Positions 12,325-25,110 of a DNA stretch of 64,000 nucleotides are shown one piece after another. The stretch is from the NCBI RefSeq assembly GCF_006345805.1, contig NC_043015.1, positions 27,652,001-27,716,000 on the forward strand. The letters run 5' to 3'. Made by a program: the position numbers and the translations under genes. This DNA is from Octopus sinensis. Lineage: Eukaryota. How positions within the stretch are numbered: the stretch's first letter is position 1; each line of letters opens with the position of its first letter. Below the pieces are notes generated by a model, which made no database searches, was not told the DNA's origin, and worked only from the letters and a program-made list of their open reading frames with translations.

Positions 12325-15300
12325 GGTCTATTCACACAGTTCCTTGCACGCCCAACACTCGTGCAACATGTTTCCATCTCTTTTGGAACGTACACTCCGA
12401 CAGACACTTCTTCTCCAGCCACAGTTTCCTTTTCAAATGAAAAGAAAAAAAGATCGGAAATTGTGACCAGAGATAAAGCTGCCTGTCTTAATTCCTTTTA
12501 TCCTAGTCTTCCATACTGCCTTTTTTGCTATTGCTACAACCGTGAGAAAGCAATTCTTACCTTCGTTCATTAGAACTCCCGGTGGGTCAATTTTTATAAT
12601 TGACTCAGTCGACAGCTGTACTCTTTCTTCGCCGGACAACAGGTGTTCAGCATAAGCCCACATTTCAGTTATCTCCGGACACTGAAAAATAGCGTGAGGG
12701 ACGGTTTCTCTGTCCACCCCGCATCTTGGACAGGTTGGCGACTGACGTCCACCATGTCTTGCGAGCTTATCCCGAATGGGCAAGGCACCTCTGTAGCATT
12801 GCCAGGTTAAGGACTTTGGGAAATTGTCCAACGTTCTCAACCCAAATGTACGGTGAAACAGGCTGTCCAGTTGAATAAATCCAAGACCTAGAGTCGATCC
12901 CATGCCATCGTCGCATTCAGACTCTACCAACCCACTATATAAAATCCGTGTGGAACCCCAGCTGCTGGCATTGCCCGAGTGTCGGAATTGTAAGAGGGCC
13001 TTACGGCACTCTTTATGCCACTCCCTCGACCTCGGTCTACGAGCTTCCTCTTCACAAAAACTTTTGAATTCAGGGAACATTTGTCTGGCCAGCGGAGACC
13101 ACACCCGTTCACTATCCAGGAGAGTCCAGAGGTGCCTCAACCTCAACGCATGTCTGCACATCATTAACCAAGGTATCCCTAAACCTCCCTTTAAAGGCTT
13201 TTGGCAACAGACAGAGCGTTTTACAAGTGGCGACTTGCTCTTTCACGAAAAGCGAAAGAGCTGTCTCTCCAACCTGATCAACCACGAATCCGGACAGGGC
13301 ACGACGGTCAGGCAGTAGGTAATGACCGATGCGATAAACACATTGGTCACCTCTGCCTTCCCTTTCAGGGATAGCCACCGCCAAGACCAGGTCTTGACTA
13401 CTGCAACCACCCTGCTCAATACCTCCGCCCAGTTCTTCTCTATCTGGAGGCCTGGTCCAAACCAAACTCCCAGCAACTTAACCGGTTCCTCCATCCAGCG
13501 CCCAACAACGCTGTCTGAAGGCATCGACTTGCCAACCCAGATGCCGAGCTTCAAGCCGACCGACTTTTCCCGGTTAATCTTTGCTCCTGTCACTTCCTCG
13601 TAAGCCTCAATAGTCTTACCCACTTCACGTAGGCATGCTATTGAGGTTACACTGATAGTGATATCATCCACGTAAGCCGTAACAAACTCCTCTAGTCCTG
13701 GTTCTCTCAGGATGCCACTCAACCTTCACAGTAATGGCTCGAGAGCCATCACATACAAAAGTGGTGAGAGCGGACATCCTTGATGAACCGAGCGTTTGAT
13801 GCAGAACGGCTTCGAAAGGAAACCGTTCACCCGAACTATCGAGTCAATGTTGTGGTACAAAGAGATAAACCACCTGAGGAAGCCAAGGCGCAGGCCAAAC
13901 TGCGCAAGCACAGTCGCCAGGTATCGATGGTCAACCCTATCAAAAGCTTTAGACTGGTCCAAATGTACCAATGCCCCACCTTTGCCAGATTTATTACCAA
14001 CCCTCTCTATGGTATAGCGAATGAGATGGAGGGTATCCTGAATGGTCTGCCTGGGGTGGCACATCTGTGCCTCCCCGACTATACCATTCGTGACACGCGC
14101 GCCAACCTTTTAGCTAAAACCTTGGCCAAAATCTTCACTTCTGTGTTTAACAGTGATGGGCCTGAAATTTTCTTGAACGTCCCCCTTGTCTGGGTCCTTT
14201 CTGACCAACGTCACTACTCCCCGGTGCACAGATCTGGGGATAAACCCATTCTGTTGCCATTTCGCGTACACGTCAGCCAGTAGTTGCCCGAACAAGTCTG
14301 GCATACATTTATACAACTCGTACGGAAGACCATCAAGTCCCGGCGACTTACCTGCTTTTCAGTTGGCCAAAGCCTCTATCACCTCCTCAGGCGTGATTGG
14401 CCCTTCGCAAGACCCGCATCCGACCCCGGGAGGCACGGCAGCCCGGCAAGAAAGTCCTCGAGGGCTCTTTCACTACCAGGACCGCCGTCACCCCCGAACA
14501 GCTGGGCGAAGTACTCCCGAAAGACCTCACACATTTTCTCGGGTTCGTTTACCAAAACACCATTTTGATTCGTCAAAGACCGAATAGAGGAACTATTTCC
14601 TTGCCGAGCTTCCACCACTCGGGCCCATCCAGTGGCCTTGATTCCTTCATTTCCCATTGCACGTAACTTAGCTCTGGCAATGCTTCCCATGTGTTGGGCT
14701 TCAAGGTGCTGGTTTAACTCCAGTCTTTTCACCCTCGCTTGATCCGCATTACCAGTCCTCCAGGCTTCTTCTAGTTCCTTAACTAGACCATCTCCTATTC
14801 TACGTCCCTTCTTAGCTAACCTTATGCTAAACCTAATAGACTCATATTTGATGGCTCTTTTTAGGGCTTACTACCATTTGTTATTGGTGATGGTACCTGT
14901 TAATGCCCTCTGTATTAACATCTTGATCCGCTTTCTGTACTCCTCAATCGCCAAAAGGGACGTATTGAGTTTCCAGTAGCCAGATCCCTGTCCATTCAAC
15001 TTATCTACCGTCAGTTTACAGGTAACCATCTTGTGGTCACTGTAGCTGACTAGAAAAAACTGTGGACACTTTAATATGGATTTTCTAATTAAAATCCTAT
15101 CTATATATGTTCTAACAGACCCGTCACCATTTGACCACGTCCACTGTGGTGTGTTCGTGTGCTCCAACCTATATGGATCTGCTAGCTGAAAATGACTTAG
15201 TAGATCTCGTAATAGAGTTACATTTTCTATTCATGTTTGGGTTCGAGCCAACACAATCTGTGTGTGCTGCACATATTGTGTTAAAGTCTCCTAACAGTAC

Positions 15301-15923
15301 TAGCGAATGCGACATGGCTAGGAATTTTCCCAGGTCACAAAAATAATCAGTTTGCGGGCAAGTAATGTTTGGTGCTTAAATAGCAACCAGCCTGATTGTC
15401 TTGCCACAACTGAATGTCAGGTCGAGAACAACCAACCTGCCTTCTGGGTCAGAAAAAACCAACTTTTTCTCGGCTACCCGGTTTCTTTTTAGTAGGACCA
15501 ACACTCCACCCTCACCTCCCACCCGACTCGGAAAAACGTATTTCTTGTAGCCGGTCAGGAGGGGGAGCAGATCTCTTGGCCCCTTCACCCGGGTTTCTGT
15601 TGCAACAATTACATCTAAATTTCTCGACCTGATGTCATTTAGAAAGCGTCCTTGCTTCCAGCTTGACATCAGGCCATGAACATTTAAACAACCAATATGA
15701 ATAGACATGTCTTACTTTTTAAATCGGGGCATCTTGTAGAGGGGTGTCCTCCACCTTTTCTTGACTTAGGGTCGGAGTTGGTAGGCCTTCAAACATGGTT
15801 TGATGGAAATCCAGTCTCCATGTTGATACTGCTTTCCTATATGTATTAGACAACATATTGTATGTCTTATCGTCCATTTCATAGAATTCATAATTTACGT
15901 ATTTTTCAGACAGTTCCATTATT
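12089..15923 (-). mobile_element. Tx1 (L1-group) LINE, 5'-truncated: ORF1 tail, frameshifted ORF2 (APE endonuclease, RT, Cys-rich C-terminus) and 3' UTR
   Basis: IGCLNVHGL...ATETR (APE); LDQSKAFDRVDH, QGCPLSPLLY, YVDDI (RT); CPRCGVDRETVPHAIFQC; ends ...cccctgtgggtaataaagaaatt. Confidence 0.92.
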
Positions 15924-16549
15924 GGAAAAAAAAGAAAACAAAAAAAGGTACCAGCGGTAGATCGGGGCTTGTGGGGTCGGAGCGTGGCCTGATCATCGCT
16001 TCGTTTGTATTGTTTGTTGTTTTGTTTATTACATTCGATTTTTATATATTGTATTAAATTTTTAAAGTCATATTATATGTAAACCCATATCATTTCACTG
16101 ATCCCATCAGTTGTTCTGTATCATTCTACATTTGGACCCCTGTGGGTAATAAAGAAATTGAGGTCTCGCCCTGGTATGTGATGTGTGTTTCTCTATTTTT
16201 CCCCTGACGAAGGAATAATTATCGTGATGCACCTTTGTGCATTAAATACGGTGAGGAACCCCTGAAATGACCATAAGGAATGTAAATATGGTTTCTTTTT
16301 TGCTTGGACATTGGCTTTTAACAATAGGTTTCCCTTATCTTGAAAAGTAATTTTTAATCGAAAAAATTTCTAAACGATGAACTTTTATCTTACCTTATAT
16401 ATTATATATTATTTATTTATATGCTTCCTATGTATATGTATTTTTATATTTTTTTATATATCTAATATTTATATATTTCTTTATATTTTTATGTATTTAT
16501 TATTCTAGATGTTGTAATGTTAAAAAAAATTTTTTTTTTAGTCACTAAA
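15924..16549. repeat. Right arm of ~625-bp inverted repeat
   Basis: Reverse complement of 11700-12324. The inner 236 bp are nearly identical, the outer ~390 bp more diverged. Confidence 0.95.
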
Positions 16550-16765
16550 TTATTAACCATTAATTTTTAACCGCGATGGACTGTATTCACACATTTTTCT
16601 TATATGCTTGTATTGATGAGTTGTGCTTCATCTTCCGTGATTTTATGCATGTATATTCTATATGAAAGAAAAAGCATTATGTGATTAAATGTTCGAGATA
16701 TGAAATGTTACGTGGATGATCTTATATTTGTTTGTTCTGCAACCATAGCTTAATATATCTATATC

Positions 16766-16853
<88 letters not shown>

Positions 16854-17659
16854 ACACACACACAGGTACACACACATGTATATCGTTGATTAAAATTAGC
16901 CTCATTGCAATTAACCATGCACATATGATGAAAAAAAATATTTTAAAGGTTACATCTTTGAAATGAATTTCATTTGCTTTCATTCATTCACTCCTGATTG
17001 AATTCTCTGAAATATTTACTGGGTAGGTATGTAGAGGGAATGGCATAATTTCATTTTTTTTTTGCTTTGTTTTGTTTATATAATTTCTTCTTAGAATCAT
17101 AAGGCTTGTGTTTATATGTGTACATATATACACACAGATAAATATGTATAAATTTGAGTGTGTATGTGCATATGTTTGTCTATGTGTATGTGTGAGTGTT
17201 TTGTATGTGTACACACATACACACACACATATATATATATAGTACCAACAATAAAAAAAATCAATATGAGGGGGAGTGGAGCAGAGGGCAAGCTGTTCAG
17301 GAAACCTAACATTAAAATCTCTAAGCTAAATGAAGAAAATAATTACCACCGCATCTATCAATTTTCTTTTTGTTCAATAAAATGACTTCGTAAACATTAA
17401 TTACAGCAATATAGAAGCTTCTATTGATTAATTATCCTATAATTTATGTTACTCTGTTTTCTCGATATATTTGTGTCAGTTGCTTTATCTTTCATTGTAT
17501 TTTGCACTTTCACATACTCAGGTACGCATACATGCACACAGACACATGCACACATGCACACAATGCTAGGTAGATAGGTAGATAGGTGTATACATACATA
17601 AGGTAAGTAATAGAATTATATATGCTTTAATTAAATACATATGTATATACACATTCGGA

Positions 17660-17800
17660 GTAGTTTGTGTCAGGAATGGCATCCAGCTGTAGAAACACTG
17701 CCAGATCAGATTGGGGCCTGGTGCAGCCTCCTGGCTTCCCAGACCTCAGTCAAACCATCCAGCATGGAAAACGGACATTAAACGATGATGATGATAATGA
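17660..17800 (+). mobile_element. Isolated RTE 3'-UTR end with (GAT)n tail
   Basis: ggcatccagctgtagaaac...catggaaaacggacattaaacgatgatgatg, same family as 25510-25654 and 41370-41528. Confidence 0.75.
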
Positions 17801-17889
17801 TACTATATAAACGTGGATGTGTAATATATAAACAATATAAGTATATATATTATATTATATGAGTGTGATAAGTGTTTTACAAAAAGAAA

Positions 17890-18830
17890 ATGAAAGCACT
17901 GTTCTTGGTATTTGTTGATTCGGAGAAAGCCTTTGACAGAGTCTGCCAGCCCTCATTTGGTGGTCGCTACTGAATGGCTTGTGAAAATCATCTAAGTCAT
18001 GAACAGGGATGCTGTCAGTAAGGTGAAAGTCAGCAATGAGCATAGCAATGAGTATAGGAGCGTGTTTAGAATGCTTGTAGGAGTTCACCAAAGCTCAATT
18101 CTTAGCCCTTTCCTCTTTATCATAGTCTTCCATACCATATCAGAAGAATTTAAAACTGGTTGCCCATGGATGTTTCTCTATGCTGTTCATATAGCTGATT
18201 GTATAGTTGAGTTAGAGAAGAAGTTCCAGGTGTGGAAGCAAGGCATGAAAGGATTTAGAGTTAATCTAGCAAAGACCAATGTACGAGTGAGCAGGAAAGC
18301 AGACAAATGACTAATCTCTTCAGAGAAAAGAGCCCTGCTTGATATGCAGAGAAGCTGAAGGTATAAATTCTGTATGGTATGCCTAGCTATGGATGCATAA
18401 GAGGTGCAGCAGAATCACAGGAAGGTTAACGGAGAAAGACGTCTTTGTGCATGCCAGATGTATAGGAACTATAAGCACTATGAACGTACAACAAACTGAT
18501 TTCCACAAATGCCCAGGGGGATTCTTAGAGGTTGTTGAAAGTTTCTATTACCTAGGTGACTAAATTAGTAGTGGCAGGTGGTGCTTTGAAAGCAGAGTTG
18601 CTAGATTTAGAACAGGGTGGAAAAACTTTAGAGAGCTTTCACATTTGTTGGTTACAAAGAGCCTCTTCCTCAAAGTGAAAGACAGAATATTTTATGCTTG
18701 TGTAGGAACAGTTATGCTACATGGTAATGAAATGTGGGTTGTGACTGCAGAGGATATGCAACAGCTCGAAAGAAATGAAGCCAGTATGCCTCACTGGATG
18801 AGCAATGTCAGTTTGCATGCATGATGTGTG
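17890..18830 (+). mobile_element. Degraded RTE LINE RT fragment
   Basis: RDAVSKVKV...GVHQSSILSPFLFIIV...FKTGCPW, homologous to the 23156-25126 ORF. Confidence 0.85.
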
Positions 18831-19026
18831 TAAAGGTGTTGAGAGAAAAATTGGGTATAAACAGTATCAGATGTAGCATGCAAAAGAGAAGAATTAATTG
18901 CATGAGATGCATTTGAATCAAAGAATGTTCAAATCTGAGTGTCAATCTGATGGCTCTTGAAATGAGAATTTTTGAGTACTGACTTGCAGACACACTTTTG
19001 GATATATATATATATATGTGTGTGTA

Positions 19027-19204
19027 TATTGAAAGGGCAAGACCGCTAGGTAGTCGGCCGTATGCTAGAAATAGCATGTCTTGCCCGCCTAATTTGTTCT
19101 GGTGTTCGCTGAATTTTCCTCTAGAGAACATTCTTTGTAGTTTGATCGTTGGTGATCTATTTCTAGCATACGGCCGACTACCTAGAGGTCTTGCCCTTTC
19201 AATG
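19027..19204. mobile_element. MITE, 178 bp, 48-bp TIRs, TA target duplication (Tc1/mariner-type insertion signature)
   Basis: TA|tattgaaagggcaagacc...gaaatag ... ctatttc...ggtcttgccctttcaatg|TA; 2 mismatches between the TIRs. Confidence 0.85.
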
Positions 19205-19316
19205 TACACATGTATTAGAATTTTCTCTGATTTTTCAGATTTTTGTATGCTAGGCTACTGGTTTTAAATTAATATTAATTTATCTCCCTCATTATTTAAA
19301 TATGTGTATATATATA

Positions 19317-19329
<13 letters not shown>

Positions 19330-19355
<26 letters not shown>

Positions 19356-19447
19356 TTACTTGGAAAAGGATGTGGGGTGTTCGATCATATAGTAATATAA
19401 ATAATATATAAATATATGCATATATACATACATATTTGTACATACCT

Positions 19448-19479
<32 letters not shown>

Positions 19480-19760
19480 GCATATATGGGTGCAGGACAT
19501 CAAAAAAACGTTGAACACGATGAGAAATGAAAACCTAAAAACACAAACGTAGAAAACAAACTTTTTTCGAACAACGAAAAACACAGAGAAATGAGACATT
19601 CAACATAAAGAATATTCCCCTTCATCAGTTGCCCCTGTTTCATCTACTCCGTGGTTTCTTTTATGTCCTGTACCCATATATGCATGTATATATACATATA
19701 TATGTAGGCATGTACATATATGTATGTATATGTGCATATATTTATATATTATTTATATTA
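19330..19760. mobile_element. Short fold-back element embedded in (TA)n, ~100-bp inverted arms (19393-19500 and 19663-19760)
   Basis: tatatatgtatatatacatgcatatatggg(t/a)caggacat and the flanking AT-rich segments are mirrored around a 160-bp unique core. Confidence 0.7.
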
Positions 19761-19781
19761 TATATATATATATACACACAC

Positions 19782-20440
19782 ATGAGGGATACCCAAAAGT
19801 AACCGGAAATATTCTCTGTGAGACAAACCCATTGTAGTTTGGGCTTCTGTTGCTAGAAGCCAGTTAATGCAACTTTGAGGCATCAGTCTACTGGCTGGCA
19901 TCGTTGAGTGAAGTCATATTGTCACATGGTGCATCTTTTTGTTTTGCAGTGCATCTCCCCTGTTCATCAATTTTTGCGATGGCTGAAACAAAGGAACAGT
20001 GTACTTCCATGAAATTCCATTTTCTGCAGGAGAAAATGGTGACCAAAAGAGTTGTCATACTTACAAGGATGCTGCTATGAGCAAAACAAGTTTACAAATG
20101 GTTTCCACACTTTAGGAATAGTCACTTGTCGCTTGAAGACCAACCTTCTCAGCATGACTGTTGACTTCCTGAACAAATGAAAATATCACGATAATTCATG
20201 AACTGATCTTGGAGGACTGTTGCCTAACAATTGATGAACTTGTTGATATGACTGGTGAGTCCTGGAGCTCCTGGTGACGAATTTTGAGTGAAGAATTATG
20301 AATAAAAAGAGTTGCAGTAAAATTTGTGCCTCATTTGCTAAGAAAAGATCAAAAGCTGGCAGGGCTGAAAGAACAGTTGGAAGTTGATCTAGGCGTTTTT
20401 TGAAGGTACTCACTGGTGATAAAAACTGGTGCTATGGAAT
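19782..20440 (+). mobile_element. Mariner 5' fragment
   Basis: TIR-like start gagggatacccaaaagtaaccgg, decayed HTH region, FVPHLL and TGDK motifs. Confidence 0.7.
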
Positions 20441-20669
20441 TAGCAGACATGGAAGAGATGGAAAAAAAAAACGACCGAGGCGTTAAAAGGCATCACTTTA
20501 GAAAGGTTCCATTACAAGTTTGAATAGTGGAAAACTCAACAGGACTGATGCATGGCTTCAAATGAAGAATAATTTGAAGTTGAGAAAAGTGTAAACTAAG
20601 TGAATAAAATAATATTGCAAAATTCCATATATGTGTAAACACATGCGCATGCTTGCACGCATACATACA

Positions 20670-20990
<321 letters not shown>

Positions 20991-21016
20991 TAATTTGACA
21001 CTGAATTATTGGAAGT

Positions 21017-21059
21017 CCACCTGAAGATTGTCGATCAAGACAAGAAACGATTGTAGTGG
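21017..21059 (+). ncRNA. Minimal type-I hammerhead ribozyme motif
   Basis: CCAC-CUGAAGA-UUGUC(gaucaa)GACAA-GAAA-C(gauu)G-UA-GUGG. All core residues are present with 4-bp stem I and 5-bp stem II; stem III region ACGAUUGU is one change from the palindrome ACGAUCGU. Confidence 0.75.
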
Positions 21060-21144
21060 CGGTTTTTTTGACTATTTATTAAATTTTATGTATTGATTAA
21101 GTCTTTCCTTGTTGTTTTGCAAAATAGTGGTTTTGTCTCGAATA

Positions 21145-21187
<43 letters not shown>

Positions 21188-21355
21188 CAAATATTACACC
21201 ATGTATTAGTGCTATCAAATTTATCAATTAGATTTACAAGTATATATGCATAAATATATATATATTTCTCTCTGTCTCTCCCTTTCTCTTTCTCTCTCTC
21301 TCTCTCTCTAACTCTGTCTGTCTATCTATATATCCACCTATCTGTCTGTTTATAA

Positions 21356-21428
<73 letters not shown>

Positions 21429-21560
21429 TGTGTGTGTAAATTACCTAATACAATACATAAATTTAATTTTCAATTAAATTTTCAATTGCAGAGACATATA
21501 GTTCTCTTCTCTTTCTCATATGTGTGTGTGTGTGTGAATATGTGTGTGTGTATGTATGTA

Positions 21561-21605
<45 letters not shown>

Positions 21606-22387
21606 TTACCTATATATAGTTTCCAATTAAATTGAAAATATTTCTTCATCCTTTAATCTATATTCCATGTTTCCTAAACATCTTCATTGTTTATTTAACG
21701 ACTTTCTATGATTGCTTTTACATTGTGTGTGTGTGTGTGTGTGCATATGTATAAGTGTATGTATTTATTCCCTCACACAGACAAGCATGTATTCTCTCTC
21801 CTTCTCTCTTTCTCTATATCTCTCTATCCTTATCTTATATGCACCCACACCGAAACACATAGACTTTGTTGTATTTAGGCAAGTCATTCATTTAAAACCC
21901 ATTAAATTTATCACCAAATTTAATCCATCATAGTATTTTTTATTATATCCTGTCATTAATTAAATAGGAAATTCGAGAATACTATTCAGTTATTTATATC
22001 AAAAATGAAGTTTGAAACTTTGAAAAAGTTCATATGCCATGTGAAATATATTTCAGGCCTGACCCTTTGTCAGAGGGATACAAAAATATTACAAATAAAT
22101 GTTTGTTGTCTCTCAGCCAAAATTACAGCCAAGAAAACTTTTCTGTATGGTATCTGGGCTTATCTAAGCTCACAAAATTCCGTCAGAAGCAGTTAAACTT
22201 TCATCTCAGACAGCTTTCGAAGTTTTTTTTTTATTATTACAATGGACATTATAAGAATATTAAATATAACCTTTGCTAACTATTTCTAATATTGATATAT
22301 TAATACACTGAGGCTAAATATATTATGCTGTCATGTGGTTAACTGAAGGGAGAGGGAGGAGAGAAAGTGAAAGAGAGAGAGAAAATG

Positions 22388-22432
<45 letters not shown>

Positions 22433-23070
22433 GATAACAACATGAGGTAAGTGGTAAGTAATAATTATTACGTGGATAAAAATTAGTTGATGGGAGAGGT
22501 ATAGAGAAAGAAAGCTAGAAATATAATGGGGTGATGTTGTGGTGAAGCTAGAATATAATGGGGTGATGTTGTGGTGAAGTTAAAGAAAGAGGGAGAGAGC
22601 AGTTGTATTGGAAGTGGGAGGTAGAGAAAGAGAGAGAGAATAGTGATGCTATTGCCAGCCAATGCATTACACTATCACGTGGTTAATGGAAGTGAGAGGT
22701 GAAGACAAAGAGAAAGAGAGAAATGGTACTATTAACCTAGATTATCTAATTTAAAATAGGTAAGACAAGGATAGAACAATTTGGTGTTCCTTGCAGAATG
22801 CAGGAATACTGTAAGATCAACAAGTGGTTCTTTGGATGCAGAACTGGCTATAATGCTTCCTATGGGATTAGTTTAAGGAAAGACAGGCTGTATCAGGATA
22901 CATACTGTATAGGATGAAAAATTGTTCATAGGTTCGTTATGATACAATCAATCTAAGAGACCTGCTACATTTGCCACAGAAAACATACCTGTAAATTGTT
23001 TATTTCTTTCAATGAAGCAGAAACTTTCGGTGGAATTGGAAAACTAGTTTAATTCATTAATAGCTGTATA

Positions 23071-25110
23071 TTCACAAGAGTTTAGTGACCAAAGAAGGAA
23101 AAGGTACACATAAGTGGGCTGGTTACGCTCCTGGCATAGGCCACAGGTTATGGTCTCATTTGGCTTGCCGGGTCTTCTCGAGCACAGCATATTTCCAAAA
23201 GTCTCGGTTGCCAGTCATTTCCTTGGTGAGGCCTAATGTTCGAAGGTCGTGCTTCACCACTTCATCCCAGCTCTTCCTGGGTCTACCTCTTCCACAGGTT
23301 CTCTCAACCGCTAGGGTGTGGCACTTTTTCACACAGCTATCCTCATCCATTCTTGCCACATGACCATACCAGTGCAGTCGTCTCTCTTGCACACCACATC
23401 TATGCTTCTTAGGTCCAACTCTTCTCTCATTACACATCCATCGGATCATACTGACTTCATTCCTTGCGAGCTTACGCATGTCCTCAGCAGTCACAGCCCA
23501 TATTTCACTGCCGTGTAGCATGGCTGTTTGTACACATGCGTCATACAGTCTACCTTTTACTCTGAGAGAGAGGCCCTTTGTCACCAGCAGAGGTAAGAGC
23601 TCTCTGAACTTTGCCCAAGCTATTCTTATTCTAGCAGCTACACTTTCAGTGCACCCTCCTTCGCTACTGACTTTGTCACCTAGATAACGGAAGCTATCAA
23701 CTATGTCTAGTTTTTCTCCCTGGAATGTGGCGGAAGTTGGTCTCTGTGCATTTTCAGTGTTTATCACTCCCGAGCATCTGCCACATACAAAAACTATCTT
23801 CCCAGTTAGCCTTCTTTTGACATTGCTGCACCTCTTATGTGTCCATATCTTACATTGGGTACATCTTATAGAGTTTCTACCTACGCCTCTACTACAGATC
23901 GAGCAGAGCCATCTACCTGAAGGGATTTGTGGTTTGCCTGACTTCCTACTTATTAGGACTTTGGTTTCAGCTAGGTTGACTCTGAGGCCCTTCGATTCTA
24001 ATCCTTGTTTCCACACCTGAAACTTCTCCTCTAGTTTTGATAGTGACTCAGCAATTAGAGCAAGGTCGTCAGCATAGAGGAGCTCCCAGGGGCATCCTGT
24101 CTTGAATTCCTCCGTTATTGCCTGGAGGACTATGATGAATAGAAGGGGGCTGAGGACTGAACCCTGGTGGACCCTAACCTCTACCTTGAATTCTTCAGTG
24201 TACTCGTTGCCAACCCTTACCTTACTTACAGCGTCCCTGTACATGGCTCGCACAGCTCTCAGTAACCATTCATCTATTCCTAGTTTCCTCATTGACCACC
24301 AGATAAGGAATCGGGGCACCCTGTCAAAGGCTTTCTCCATGTCAACGAAAGCCAGGTACAGGGGCTTATCTTTGGCTAGGTATTTCTCCTGCAGCTGCCT
24401 CACCAGAAATATGGCATCAGTGGTGCTTTTCCCAGGCATGAAACCAAACTCATCCAAGTTGACTCTCTCGCTAATCAGTTGGGTTATGACCCTCTCTGTA
24501 ACCTTCATTACCTGATCCAACAGCTTGATACCTCCGTAATTATTTGTATATAGAGCGTCACCTTTACCTTTGTAGCAGTTGACTATTATGCTGCTACACC
24601 AGTCATTGGGTATGACTCCTTCGTGTATCACCTGGTTAACTATACAGGTGACTAGGCTATAGCCGACACTACCAGATATTTTGAGCATCTCTGCAGTAAT
24701 TCCTGATGGGCCTGGGGCTTTCCCTCTCTTCATGCTTCTAATTGCCTTAACTACCAAGGAACTGTCAACTCGGATAGCTGGTCCCTCTGTTGGGTCGACA
24801 TTCGGCAGACTCTCTTTATCCCATTCATTTTCTTTATTCAGCAACCTTTCATAGTGGCGTCTCCAAACCTCTCTCTTTGCATCCTCATTTAGCGCAAGTG
24901 AACCATCATCCATGCGAACACATTTCTCTCCTACCACATCACGATTCTCTCTCACACACTGTCTTGCAACACGAAATACCTCAAGTTTTTGGTCCTCATG
25001 GCGCAGAACATTGGCAAATTTTTTCTTATCTGCTTCTCCTCTGGCTAAATAAACCTGCCTCCTAGCTTCCCTTCTGGCAGTCTGATACATTTCCCTGCTA
25101 CCACCGTTCA
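23071..25110 (-). mobile_element. RTE-clade LINE, inverted 5' segment carrying a 656-aa RT reading frame (5'-truncated, no endonuclease)
   Basis: FVDMEKAFDRVPR, HQGSVLSPLLF, LYADDL, GRGRPRKSW; followed by the proximal 3' UTR. Confidence 0.95.

Noticed and set aside
22512-22579. Two-copy ~34-bp tandem repeat
   Set aside because: Ordinary local duplication in purine-rich low-complexity DNA; not CRISPR-like (no spacers, eukaryotic context).
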